A DNA stretch of 64,000 bases from Eledone cirrhosa. Its lineage: Eukaryota. Numbering within the stretch: the stretch's first letter is position 1; each line of letters opens with the position of its first letter. Under the pieces are notes generated by a model. The model made no database searches, was not told where the DNA came from, and was given only the letters and a program-made list of their open reading frames with translations. The DNA lies in contig OZ024745.1 in NCBI GenBank assembly GCA_964016885.1, forward strand, positions 77,190,001 through 77,254,000, read 5' to 3'. Position numbers and translations under genes: made by a program. This document shows, one piece after another, positions 52,859-64,000 of the stretch.

Positions 52859-53442
52859 TTGTTATACTTTGGGAGGGTCATGTTGCCAATAAGAAACACA
52901 TGCACCAGTTGCTTTCACTTCAATTTATTATAATAAATTTATAAATTTAGGAATTTATAAATTTCCGGTTGGTTGGTTGGTTCCACAACCAGATGGTTGT
53001 TTATATATTGTCAAAGTTCTTTCGTCACACATTCTGTGACCTCTTCAGTGACTGGGGATTCTTTTCTTTGTTTTTGTGCCTCTCCTTTGTTCTGTCCTAC
53101 GCCATCTTATTTCTGTGTGTGACACAAACAGAAACAAGATGGCGTAGGACAGAACAAAGGAGAGGCACAAAAACAAAGAAAAGAATCCCCAGTCACTGAA
53201 GAGGTCACAGAATGTGTGACGAAAGAACTTTGACAATATATAAACAACCATCTGGTTGTGGAACCAACCAACCAACCGGAAATTTATAAATTCCTAAATT
53301 TATAAATTTATTATAATAAATTGAAGTGAAAGCAACTGGTGCATGTGTTTCTTATTGGTAACATGACCCTCCCAAAGTATAACAATATCGGTTTTAACAC
53401 ACGTTTTCAGATAAAGAATCTTGCTAAACAAATTCAGAAACG

Positions 53443-53445
<3 letters not shown>
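52859..53445 (+). mobile_element. Penelope pseudo-LTR palindrome, same family as 3121-4062, no ORF
   Basis: Near-perfect arms of about 260 bp centred near 53121, followed by the same tail of about 60 bp; inserted in (TA)n. Confidence 0.88.
53192..53234 (+). ncRNA. Minimal type I hammerhead candidate
   Basis: gtca-CTGAAGA-g-gtcaca(gaatg)tgtgac-GAAA-gaac-TT-tgac. Confidence 0.7.
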
Positions 53446-53477
<32 letters not shown>

Positions 53478-53601
53478 GAGAGAGAAAGGGAGAGAGAGTC
53501 TACAGTTCTGAGTCCAGGGAGACCACTAATCATGGGAGTACTCAATACATGGAGAAATGTAGAATGGGTATATAGATAGTTACCTATCTATCTATACGCA
53601 C

Positions 53602-53655
<54 letters not shown>

Positions 53656-53658
53656 CAT

Positions 53659-53698
<40 letters not shown>

Positions 53699-54498
53699 AT
53701 ATTAATTAAAGTATGTGTTAGTTTATCACCAACACTTTTGTATGAAATGTAGAGCACTCAATGAAGTACACAAATGAGTGTAATTATAAAGTACAAGTCA
53801 ACGGGTTATAACCTATTGACTTGTACTCTCTCTCTATATATATATATATGATGAGCCTGTGATAACCAGGTAAAACTCCAGAGTAACAAAACACACTATT
53901 TAGCCTGAATATGAATATTGTGGGCCATAATGAAGCTGTACAATATCAATAACTAGTGTGGCTGCCTATATAACTGAAAGCATGTCTGATAGACTCACTC
54001 CAAACAACAGTGGTCCCAATAAATTAACTACAATGGTCTAGCATCTTATCCAAAGCTAGAATTTGTTCTCATCTGTTTAATACTTCAGAAGCTTGTAAAT
54101 AACATTATATCAGTGAATCATAGCAGTTCTGGTGTAGAAAAGATATTAAATTCTTAAAAAATTTACTGTGATGTAAAAAGCAGCAACAGTAATCTAAATA
54201 AAACAAGAGTTAGCTTTGCATGTTTTATAGTTGGATTCCCTTCCTGGCACCAGCTCTTTTAGTTGCCTATAACATGCAGGGATACAGTGTACATATTTTT
54301 ATTTTAAACCATATACATACATCATAATGATGTAAAAAAAAATTATGTAAAAAGAAAGAACAAAACTACATGTATAAATGGATTCTGTGAACAATGTAGG
54401 AATGCTTCTTCTATAGTTCTACGTAATTTCATGTGATATATATCAAATGTTTTATCAAAAGATCTCTCCTAAATTATTCATGCCTTTATTCATTTCAG

Positions 54499-54737
54499 AC
54501 TGTTGGCAGATTTTCAATCTCGCAAAGCACACCGAGTTCATGTGCAAGACAAAGACTTGTTGAAATATCTCTTGCTCATGGTGATTGTCGTGCTTGGATA
54601 TATGGCTGCTTGGACAGCTGTCAATCTGGACCATGTCAATGACAATGTCCCACTTGTTACTTCTGGAGTGACAGTACCTGATGGCCTCAAGTATTTTGTT
54701 TGCAGAGCACATTGGTGGGATTATGTCATTGAAATAC
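54499..54737 (+). CDS. GPR158-like GPCR exon: ICL2, TM4 and ECL2
   Basis: Acceptor catttcag and donor gtgagt. Translates (R)LLADFQSRKAHRVHVQDKDLLKYLLLMVIVVLGYMAAWTAV...FVCRAHWWDYVIEI; phase 2 in and phase 1 out are consistent. Confidence 0.93.
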
Positions 54738-55761
54738 GTGAGTAGAACAATCTAGCAAAAAGATGCAATGATGCTGTTTGTATTAATTTTTCTGGGTTTT
54801 TTTTATCAAAGTTTAATATAAGGTAATATAAGGATCAGCAGCATGGATCTTATCACTTGCTCTGTGTTTTATTCTTGGCCAAGAATAAAACTTCCAATAG
54901 CCCTGTCACTCTAACTGTAAAAGGCAGCACAAATGCTACACCTCACTGCTAAGCATCACAAGTACAATAGAATAAATTGTTTGGTGAGATCACAAAGCTG
55001 AGTTTTAACTTTTGTGAATGATATTTAGAGAGAAATGTGTTCTAAGCTGACTTGCCCTCTACAATGCATGAAGGTAAAATATTCAGTGGTGCCTATAGAA
55101 AATTCATGCTATTGTAATTAACATAAGTTGAAACTTTATGCAGTCTTTTATTGTGCATTAAATCAATCAGTTTGACTGACTAAAATTAAACTTTTATTTA
55201 ACAGATGAGTGGTTAGTGACACAAATGTTATTTAACCACGAAAAATATATCTCCCTACACATACTAAAGATAGTAGATGTAAGAAAGCTTCTATGTGGTC
55301 ACTTGACCTGCTGGAAACAATAGTAAAATTCTTTTAAGTCACTCTACCATCTTAAAACAGAAAAGATTCATTGAACAATGTAATACTCAATACTCGAAAA
55401 AATAGGATGGTCAAAGATGAAATACTTTTGATCATAAATCTGCACAATCAGGGTGACTGTGGACATAAATAACAACAACAGTAAAACTAAGAAGTACTAT
55501 GAGGGAGGCAATATTCATATCAATTTTTAGTTATTACTAGCTGTGAGATAAAGGAAAAACAGGACAAGGTGAATACACTTAGAATGTGTAAGAAAATTGA
55601 TTCAAAGAGTAATATTTATGAGGAGAGGAGATTTAACACAGGGTCTAGAGTTGTGTTGAGAAATAGAAATTGTAGTAGGAGCAGATATAATTGCAGGGTG
55701 TAGATTTAGATGTGGAGTGGTGATGTCATAAAAGAATTGCTGAGGTTAAGGGTATTATTAT

Positions 55762-55953
55762 AGGGCGGTGAATTGGCAGTATCGGTAGAGGGTCAGACGC
55801 CATGCTTTCCTGCATAGTTACGTCCCTTTACGGTCTCAGTTCAAATCCCGTTGAGGTTAACTTTGCCTTTCATCCTTACAGGGTTGATAAAATAAAGTAC
55901 CAGTAATACACTAGGTAATTGCTGGACTTGTGCCAAAAGTAGAAACAATTATT
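55762..55953 (+). mobile_element. Family A SINE
   Basis: Full-length copy. Confidence 0.85.
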
Positions 55954-56050
55954 ACATCAGTATATACAGGGTGTCCCCCCAAAATGTATGCATACTTCGA
56001 TTACCTATACAGGCAATATTTATTAGAATGCTGATGAAGGGGGGGGGGGG

Positions 56051-57052
56051 TCCTCAAACATGGAGCAGCATCCTCAAACACCGGTTCTGTTTGAAACAAC
56101 TGTGTTTCCAATTGATCCAACCAGATCCCCCAAGCAAGACTAACCAAGTTCATGGGTGTTATCCAACTATCTTGCTCAAGGTCTACCCCTAGGTCTCCTG
56201 CCAGTTGGTTTTACCTGCAAAATCTGTCCAGCAATTCTTTCTTAAGACATTCTAACCACATAACCACAATATCAGAGCTGTGGTGTCTCAATTTAGAGAA
56301 GTAGTGGCGCTCTACACGGAGAAACTCTCTGATCTCTGAGCTACGCACTTCATATTAGCTGCTTGTATTTGGGATCATATTATTTAAGTTATAACCCAAG
56401 ATTCATGACCATAGGTGAGGGTTGGCATGAAAACTGAATTGAAAAATATTGATATTTAACTGTTTTTGGAGGACGCCTTGTATTATAACCACATAACAAC
56501 ATTGTGAGCATAACAGCATTTTTCACATTGGCAAAACACTTTTAAAATATCGATATTTTAAAAGTGTTTTGCCAATGTGAAAAATGCTGTTATGCTCACA
56601 ATGTTGTTATGTGGTTATAATACAAGGCGTCCTCCAAAAACAGTTAAATATCAATATTTTTCAATTCAGTTTTCATGCCAACCCTCACCTATGGTCATGA
56701 ATCTTGGGTTATAACTTAAATAATATGATCCCAAATACAAGCAGCTAATATGAAGTGCGTAGCTCAGAGATCAGAGAGTTTCTCCGTGTAGAGCGCCACT
56801 ACTTCTCTAAATTGAGACACCACAGCTCTGATATTGTGGTTATGTGGTTAGAATGTCTTAAGAAAGAATTGCTGGACAGATTTTGCAGGTAAAACCAACT
56901 GGCAGGAGACCTAGGGGTAGACCTTGAGCAAGATAGTTGGATAACACCCATGAACTTGGTTAGTCTTGCTTGGGGGATCTGGTTGGATCAATTGGAAACA
57001 CAGTTGTTTCAAACAGAACCGGTGTTTGAGGATGCTGCTCCATGTTTGAGGA
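56051..57052. repeat. Perfect spacer-less palindrome, 2 x 501 bp
   Basis: Centre ...ttttaaaatatc|gatattttaaaa... between 56551 and 56552. The arms contain a decayed RTE fragment and a MITE end. Confidence 0.92.
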
Positions 57053-57929
57053 TACCCCACCCCCTTCCCTGATTTTACTTAATTTCATAATACACTTAGA
57101 GATTATCATCATTACTGAAGACTGTTATGCAATCATAATAATATGTAATACAACCATAGCAGAAATGAAGATATAAGAACAGTGTGTAAGCAAAAAAAAA
57201 AAGGACTGGGGAGGAGGAATACCCAGGAATGTTTTGAGAAATCCTTATCTCTTCTTTACTAAGGGTATAATTTTAATTAATTTTCCTTAGTTCACTGCAT
57301 CAAATATTTTAGCAGCCACTTCATTATTAGTTTGCAGCAGGCATCCTTGGGTATTTTCCTTCAGTCATTCTTTTAAGTTATTATGCCATACAGCATTCTA
57401 AGATTTGGCAGCAATAATAAGATTATTCTTCAATAATAAGATTTAGTAAGACATATGCAGGGTTGTCACAATACTTGCAGAAGATTGGACTAACTCCCAC
57501 TGCATTATATTCTTAATTTTTTTAAATTGACTCCAATGTTATCACATCTGCTTTTCTTGACCAGAATTAATCATTAACCCTTTAGCATTTACATTACTCT
57601 ATATATACTATTGTATTTTTACGGTAAAGGCTTTATCTCTCATAATATCGAATCTATGAGATTTTGATATTATTTATTTTGAGAACAATACCTTAACATT
57701 ATATGAGCAGCCAGTTACAGCTGATTTGAACAGAAAAAGGTGAAAGAATTCTGGCCAGATATAGCCGGTTTAAATGCTAAAGGGATAAGCTACTTTTTCC
57801 TCACTACCATGGGCATGATATAAATAAATAAAAATATATTAGCTTACTATATTAAGCATATTACTATTCCCTTTAGTAACTGTGAAGTATAATGTAGTCA
57901 TAGCAAAATTGTAGCCATAACAGAAATGT

Positions 57930-58265
57930 AGACAGTAATGAAAGGCACTCCATCGGTTACGATGAGTGTTCCAGTTGATCCGATCAACAGAACAGCCTGT
58001 TCGTGAAATTAACGTGCAAGTGGCTGAGCATTCCACAGATAAGCATACCTTTAACATAGCTCTCAGAGACATTCAGCGTGACACAGAATATGACAAGATT
58101 GGCCATTTGAATTACAGATACAGCTCATTTTTGCCAGCTGAATGGGTTGAAGCAATGTGAAATAAAGTGTCTTATTCAATGACACAACGTGCCACTGGAA
58201 ATCGAACTCACAAGTTTACGATTGTAAACTGAATACACTAACCACAAAGCCATGTGCCTTCACAC
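57930..58265 (-). mobile_element. tRNA/CORE-like SINE with a different tail
   Basis: Shares head and core with 43030-43165 (gcacatggct..gtggttag; aagacactttatttcacattgct) but has an unrelated 3' part. Confidence 0.7.
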
Positions 58266-58615
58266 AGTAATACAATCATAATAACACTGTAGACTGCTGT
58301 AACATGATAATAACATTGTTGATATAGCAACACAATATTGATTTCTAACACAAGCAATGTATAATCGATCATATCAAGCTCAGTATTTGTTCTTAGCCCA
58401 TTGTCTCTCCCATGATGCTCTGCACATTGGTCTGTCCAATCAGGCCATGTCTACTTCTGGGATGCAAAAGTTTTCTTTTCGTTTCTTTGGATGGTTTCTA
58501 TAGTAAGATAATTTATTTGAGAAAAGGATTGTTTCTACCTAGCTTAACCCTCCTCTTTTACCCAGGTTTAAAATCAATTAGCATGGCAGACAATGATCAA
58601 CCAGAGAGCAACAGA

Positions 58616-58616
58616 A

Positions 58617-58666
<50 letters not shown>

Positions 58667-58720
58667 GGATGGATGGATGGATGGATGGATGGATGGATGG
58701 ATGGACGGACTGATGGATGG
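58616..58720. repeat. (GATA)n-(GGAT)n compound microsatellite
   Basis: Direct reading. Confidence 0.95.
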
Positions 58721-58813
58721 GTAGACAGAGGGGGATGAGCCAATGCTATAATTTTTGAAAAGGTCAAATCAACACAAAATGTTTTTAAAACGTTCTAACA
58801 ATATTGTAGATAT

Positions 58814-59115
58814 AAAATTGTTTCTACTTTTTGGCACAAGGCCAGCAATTATCCCAGTGCATTACTGGTACTTTATTTTATCGATCCTGTAAGGATGAAA
58901 GGTTAAGTTAATCTCGGTGGGATTTGTAGATATAATAATTGTTTCTACTATTGGTACAAGGCCAGCAATTACCCAGTACATTACTAGTACTTTATTTTAT
59001 CGACCCCGTAAGGATGAAAGGCAAAGTTAACCTTGGCAGGATTTGAACTCAGAATGGCAAGGGCCGTAACTATGCTGGAAAGGATGGCATCCGACCCTTT
59101 ACCGATACTGCCAAT
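58814..59115 (-). mobile_element. One partial and one full family A SINE in tandem
   Basis: The 3' half is duplicated; each unit is preceded by tgtagatata. Confidence 0.8.
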
Positions 59116-60954
59116 AGAAGATATTAGTATAGGAGTAAGTTATATTATCATCATCATCATCATCACCGTTTGATGTCCATTTTTCCCTGCTAGCATGGGT
59201 TAGACAAGTTATCATGTTGTGAGCAATGCTAGGTCAGGTGACCATATCTTGCTCATACAGAACTGATTCTGGCTTGGTTTCTACAGCTGGATGCCTTTCA
59301 GTGCCAACCTCATTTACAGTGAGTATTGGGTGCTTTTTGTCATGACACCTACACAACCACTTTACAGTGTGGACTGGGTGTTTTTTGTTGTGACACCTAC
59401 ACGACCACTTTACAGTGTGGACTGGGTGCTTTTTGTCGTATCACCTACACGACCACTTTACAGTGTGGACTGGGTGCTTTTTGTGTAACACCTACACAAC
59501 CACTTTACAATGTGGGCTGGGTGTCACCATCATAACCACTTTACTGTGTGGGCTGGATGCTTCACTGGATGTATACTTTATTAATATGTTTGCATGTACT
59601 TACAAAAATACACATACATACAAACATATCTACTGATACTGTTTTCTACTTCTTTCTCTTCTACCTCTAATACAATGGGCTTTTCTCTTTTATTTTTCTA
59701 ATATTAAATGATCCCTTCCTAAATTTACAATATGCTTCCACTTGACATCTTCTCATCTCCCTAATGGTATCTCATTCTTTCAGAAGAGAAGGAGGAGAGC
59801 CCTTAGCCCCCCCATGGGATTGTAGAGGCATTATTCTGACATATGTCATGACTTGGACATTTTAAACTTGGCGTAGCCCATCCCTTTCCAGGTTGGGACA
59901 TAGCCAATTTCTTCTGACAGAGAAAAAAAGAAAAAGAGAGAGAGAATCAACTCCCAGCACTAGACTGGCCCTGTATTTATCAACCTTGAGGAGATGAAAT
60001 GCAAAGTAAACCTCGACAGGACTTGTATTCAGTGCACCAAAACAAATACTAAGGCATTTTTAATCTGATGCCATAATGACTTGGCCAAATCAAGGCCTTA
60101 TTCATCAAGTATCCATATTAAACCCTTTGCTCAGTCACATCTCCCAGATCAATTTTCCTCATTTATTTTTTGCCATCCTTGTATTTCCTATCCCTCACAC
60201 ATACAACCACTGGCCTTCAAAACTGAATGCCATCTGCATGAATCTCAGCAAACCATCCTGACATCTAAATATATGAACCAATGAAGGATCCTCAATGTAA
60301 TCGTTTTACATGCTAGAAATAGCAGCTAAATCTCCTTATAATTTCCCTCTAGTGTCTTAAATGGATGAAGTAAGCATTGATTTGAGTTGTTTCTAAAAAG
60401 CACAATACTGTTGATAGAATGTACCTAGTCATTAGTGAAAGGATAGAACCCAAGACGTTTTTCAAGGCTTCCAAAGATGTTGGTAGAAAGAGATAAAGTT
60501 ATCCACAGGCTAGAAACCTAGTATAAATGATTGTAACAGTAAACTCTGCTAAAGTCATCCAAAGGTCAGATGACAGTGTTAAGGTGTGCAATGAAAAAGT
60601 CTACTACTCAAAATTAGGTCGACAACTTTAAATTAAATCTACCACATACAATTCTACTCCCCAAAATTAGGTCTACCATTAACATTAAATCTATTCCTGA
60701 AAATTAGGTCTACCACTTAAAATTAAGTTTACTACCTAAAATTTAATCTACCTCTCAAATTAAGTCTTCTATCCAAATTGAAACAGTAAAACAGTTACTA
60801 TCCAAAGACCCAATCTTCAGGATCACTGCAGTGCTTGTAATAAGATTCCATTTTATTACATTTTATTCCATTTATTAGTTAAGAACTTTTTCTCTGTTTT
60901 AGACCTAGTAGACTATCCTTGAAATATGATATCTTAAAAATCAATTTTCAAGAT

Positions 60955-61570
60955 ACATCGTCATCACTTTTATGTCCCTCTTTCCATGCTTGCATGAGTT
61001 AAATGAGTCTCCCACAGCATAGCTTCTCCCTGTATGTGTTCCTCCATCCTCCCCTTTGTGGGGTTCAGCATTCTAAGATCAACTCTCATCACTTCTGCCT
61101 AAGTTTTCCTTGATTTTCCTTTTCTGCTGTTACCTTCAAATTGGGACTGCTGGAACTTCTTCACCCAATGATGATCATCAATATGCATCATGTGACCATA
61201 CCAATGTAATCTTCACTTTTGCATACAACATCTAACTCCTCTTTTACCTGATTTTTTTTCAACTTACCTGTGGTTCATCATTCATACACACACATATTGT
61301 ACATCTTGAAGAGTATGTTAACCCTCTTTCTTTCTAACCTTCACATGTCCTCTGTATTCACTGCCCATGACTCCCTGTCATATAACAATACACTTCAAAT
61401 ATAAGCATCATATAATCCAGTCTTTCCTTGGAAAGAGAATCTAACTGTTGCCAGCAGAACTTTTCCATCCCATTCTTATTGTGGTTACTATGCTTTTGGA
61501 CTACTCCACTACTAATTTAGTCACCTTGGTAACTGAAGCTATCAACTACTTCTATGGAGCCTTCCTTGGA
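60955..61570 (-). mobile_element. Old RTE LINE 3' fragment
   Basis: Diverged homolog of 48527-49170 (LHWYGHMM region and gatgatg-like tail). Confidence 0.7.
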
Positions 61571-61996
61571 CTAGACAGTTTAGCTTATTATAATGTTCAA
61601 CCATAATACAACACTGCTAGGTAGTTATTAATGTTGATCATATTCATTGACATTGTATTGTATAGCCAAGTAAAGTAAAGACATGTAACTATGTTTACTT
61701 CTGTTTACCTGACTACAAGCTGCACTTGTTGTCCATGGTTGAGTGAGTACCATAAAAAAAAGGTATTCAACTGAAAAATCAAATCTAAAAAACAAAAGCT
61801 ACCTTAACTATACTAACATGAATATGATACAAAAAAAATACATTAATTGATTAAATCTGTTACCCTGTATAATTAAATTTATTAACAGTGATGTTTGCTA
61901 TTTATTACAAATATTCTTGTGATCTTTCTGTACTAGACTGTTAAATTAAATATCTCATTTTCTTTTTCTTTTCTGATTTTTTCTTGTTTTTTTCAG

Positions 61997-62135
61997 TTGA
62001 AGTTTTATTCCTAATTTTTGGGATTTATTTATGTTACTGTGTTCGTTCAGCTCCATCAGATTATGGAGAAGGTCGTTATATTACAATAGCGATGTGCAAT
62101 GAAACCCTCATCTCCACAGTCCTCTATTTTGCAAG
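61997..62135 (+). CDS. GPR158-like GPCR exon: TM5-TM6
   Basis: Long polypyrimidine tract ending in cag; donor gtgagt. Translates (L)EVLFLIFGIYLCYCVRSAPSDYGEGRYITIAMCNETLISTVLYFA(R). Confidence 0.93.
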
Positions 62136-62406
62136 GTGAGTTTACCTGATAAACTTAATTGAAATTAAAATGATTTTATGAGAAAAAATTAACATATGTT
62201 TTATTTCTATTAAATTAAGAGACAAAGTGTATAATTCTAGATTGTTTGTACCACAACAGCTCTATGTACTGAGATCTATGTTTGGTCATCATTTTTTGAA
62301 GCTTATATTTCAGTGTATTCATAAAATTTGCTTTGGAATGCATTTGAATTATGGGCTATTGATTGTCAAATGGTTCTAGTTTTAAGTCCTAATCTTAGTG
62401 TTATTC

Positions 62407-62905
62407 TTAGGTCCTCTTATGCCCTGGGGCATATTGGGCAATGAGTCTTCTCCAATTTACATGATCAGCTGCAGCATCTTGGATAGTTTCCCAGTCCAGT
62501 CCAATCCTCTGGAGATCTTCTTTGAAAGATGAGCGCCAGGTGTTGTTGGGTCTCCCTTTTTTCTGCTTGCCACCAACTGGGATACATCTCATTGCCACAG
62601 AGTGATTCCGGTACTCAGACATGCACAAAATGTGTCCAGCCAGTTTCAGGTGCCTTTCAGCGATGGTGTCAGTCAGTAGCCTCTGTTTACTTCTCTTTTT
62701 AAATACCAGCACAGTATGACAGCGGATGAAGTCCAAAAGCATCCCCTGTGGATCCACAGCAGCATTTATGTTGCTTGCAGATCCGAAGGCCAAGCTTCAT
62801 GATAACACTAATGTGTTGACAGTTGTTGTACAAGTGAGTACCAGTTGACAGCAAGGCTATGCTGTTTAACCAAATGCTGATATGAGGTGGAAAAGCAGAT
62901 GGCAC
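62407..62905 (-). mobile_element. Adjacent LINE relics: RTE-like C-terminus (62407-62700) and CRE-like zinc-knuckle region (62700-62905)
   Basis: LAGHILCM...GGKQKKGRPNNTWR; WLNSIALLSTGTHL...KLGLRICKQHKCCCGSTGDAFGLHPLSY. Confidence 0.65.
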
Positions 62906-63060
62906 TGGTCAAGCAGTTGCACAAAACTGAAACTTTGTATACTGGATTGCATCCCAATTTCATTGGGGGGGGGGGGGACATCCATAGGGTGGAGGATGAA
63001 TCAGATCCAATTTTAATCTATATAATTTCATTTCTTTCTTTATTTATTTATTTATTACAG

Positions 63061-63166
63061 ACATGGACTGTGGTTGTCATTAGACCCAGATTATTTGTTC
63101 CTAATGTACTTCATGCGTTGCCAGTTAACTGTTACAGTGACACTAATCTTATTATTAGGACCAAAG
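63061..63166 (+). CDS. GPR158-like GPCR exon: ECL3 and TM7
   Basis: Acceptor tttattacag and donor gtaagt. Translates (R)HGLWLSLDPDYLFLMYFMRCQLTVTVTLILLLGPK, ending in the class C TM7 xPK motif. Confidence 0.92.
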
Positions 63167-63326
63167 GTAAGTTCTTAAAATGGCTAGGTTAAATTAATCA
63201 AATGTCTACTCATCATTAACGTTTTTGTTTTATTTTCTTTACTTTTATTCAAAAGATGAAAAAATATGATTTACTTTCTATGAATTCAAACAGTTGTATA
63301 AATACAGACACACACACATATATATA

Positions 63327-63372
<46 letters not shown>

Positions 63373-63390
63373 CACACACACACATATATA

Positions 63391-63465
<75 letters not shown>

Positions 63466-64000
63466 CACGCTGTAATGTGGCCGTGTAGGCAACACGGTAA
63501 AAACCTCCCAGCCCCACACTGTAAATGTGGTTGGTGTTAGGAAGGGCATCCAGCTGTAGAAAACCCGCCAGATAGTCCTATGCGAGCAAGACAATCACCC
63601 TTGCCTCAAGTGGGAAAACCCCCGTCCTAACCTATGCAAGCGTGGAACACGGACGTTAAACGTTGATGATGATGATGATGATGATATATGTGTGTGTGTG
63701 AGTGCATGTTTGTGTGTGCATGTGTGTATGTATAATATCAACAGTTTTACATCCATTTTTTTTTTAAGCTGGCATGAGTCCAATGAGAACTTTTAGGCAT
63801 AATTCTATGGTCATGTAATCTTCCTGATGACAACCTTCACTTGTTTTTTTTTTTGTTTTTTATTAAATAAGTTATGGATATTTGAATGTCTAACTGCTGA
63901 ACAGCAGGGTTTTTGTTTATGTGGGACATAAACAATTATGATAGTTTGTGATGTGGAATGTGAGGAGGAGAGAAGAGACAAATAACACATATACACATGT

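Noticed and set aside
59310-59560. CRISPR-like repeats of about 48 bp
   Set aside because: Simple tandem amplification of an internal unit of an RTE-related SINE; no spacers.

Overview
Eukaryotic, very AT-rich, microsatellite-laden genomic DNA; the repeat repertoire (RTE LINEs with (GAT)n tails, tRNA-derived SINEs, long (TA)n/(TATG)n tracts) suggests an octopus or other coleoid cephalopod, which is an inference. The only host gene I can support is a + strand GPR158/GPR179/CG31760-like class C GPCR. Seven canonical GT-AG exons (21174-63166) join in frame and encode the end of the Cache domain, the Cys-rich/EGF-like stalk and TM1-TM7; the N- and C-terminal exons were not found in the window. 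Everything else is intronic or flanking and is filled with mobile DNA: RTE, CR1-like, R4/Dong-like and CRE-like LINE relics, mariner and hAT relics, MITEs, and about 20 copies of one SINE. Most ORFs in the supplied track are microsatellite translations. The most notable hidden signal is a dense population of short fold-back elements from many unrelated families, inserted in (TA)n tracts. They share one architecture (inverted copy, forward copy, unique tail), and many carry minimal type I hammerhead ribozyme motifs with palindromic stem III, including a U3-A8 core covariant. Two are linked to Penelope-type GIY-YIG remnants. There is also a spacer-less perfect palindrome of about 1 kb (56051-57052). 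All structures and coordinates were read by eye; repeat boundaries are approximate.
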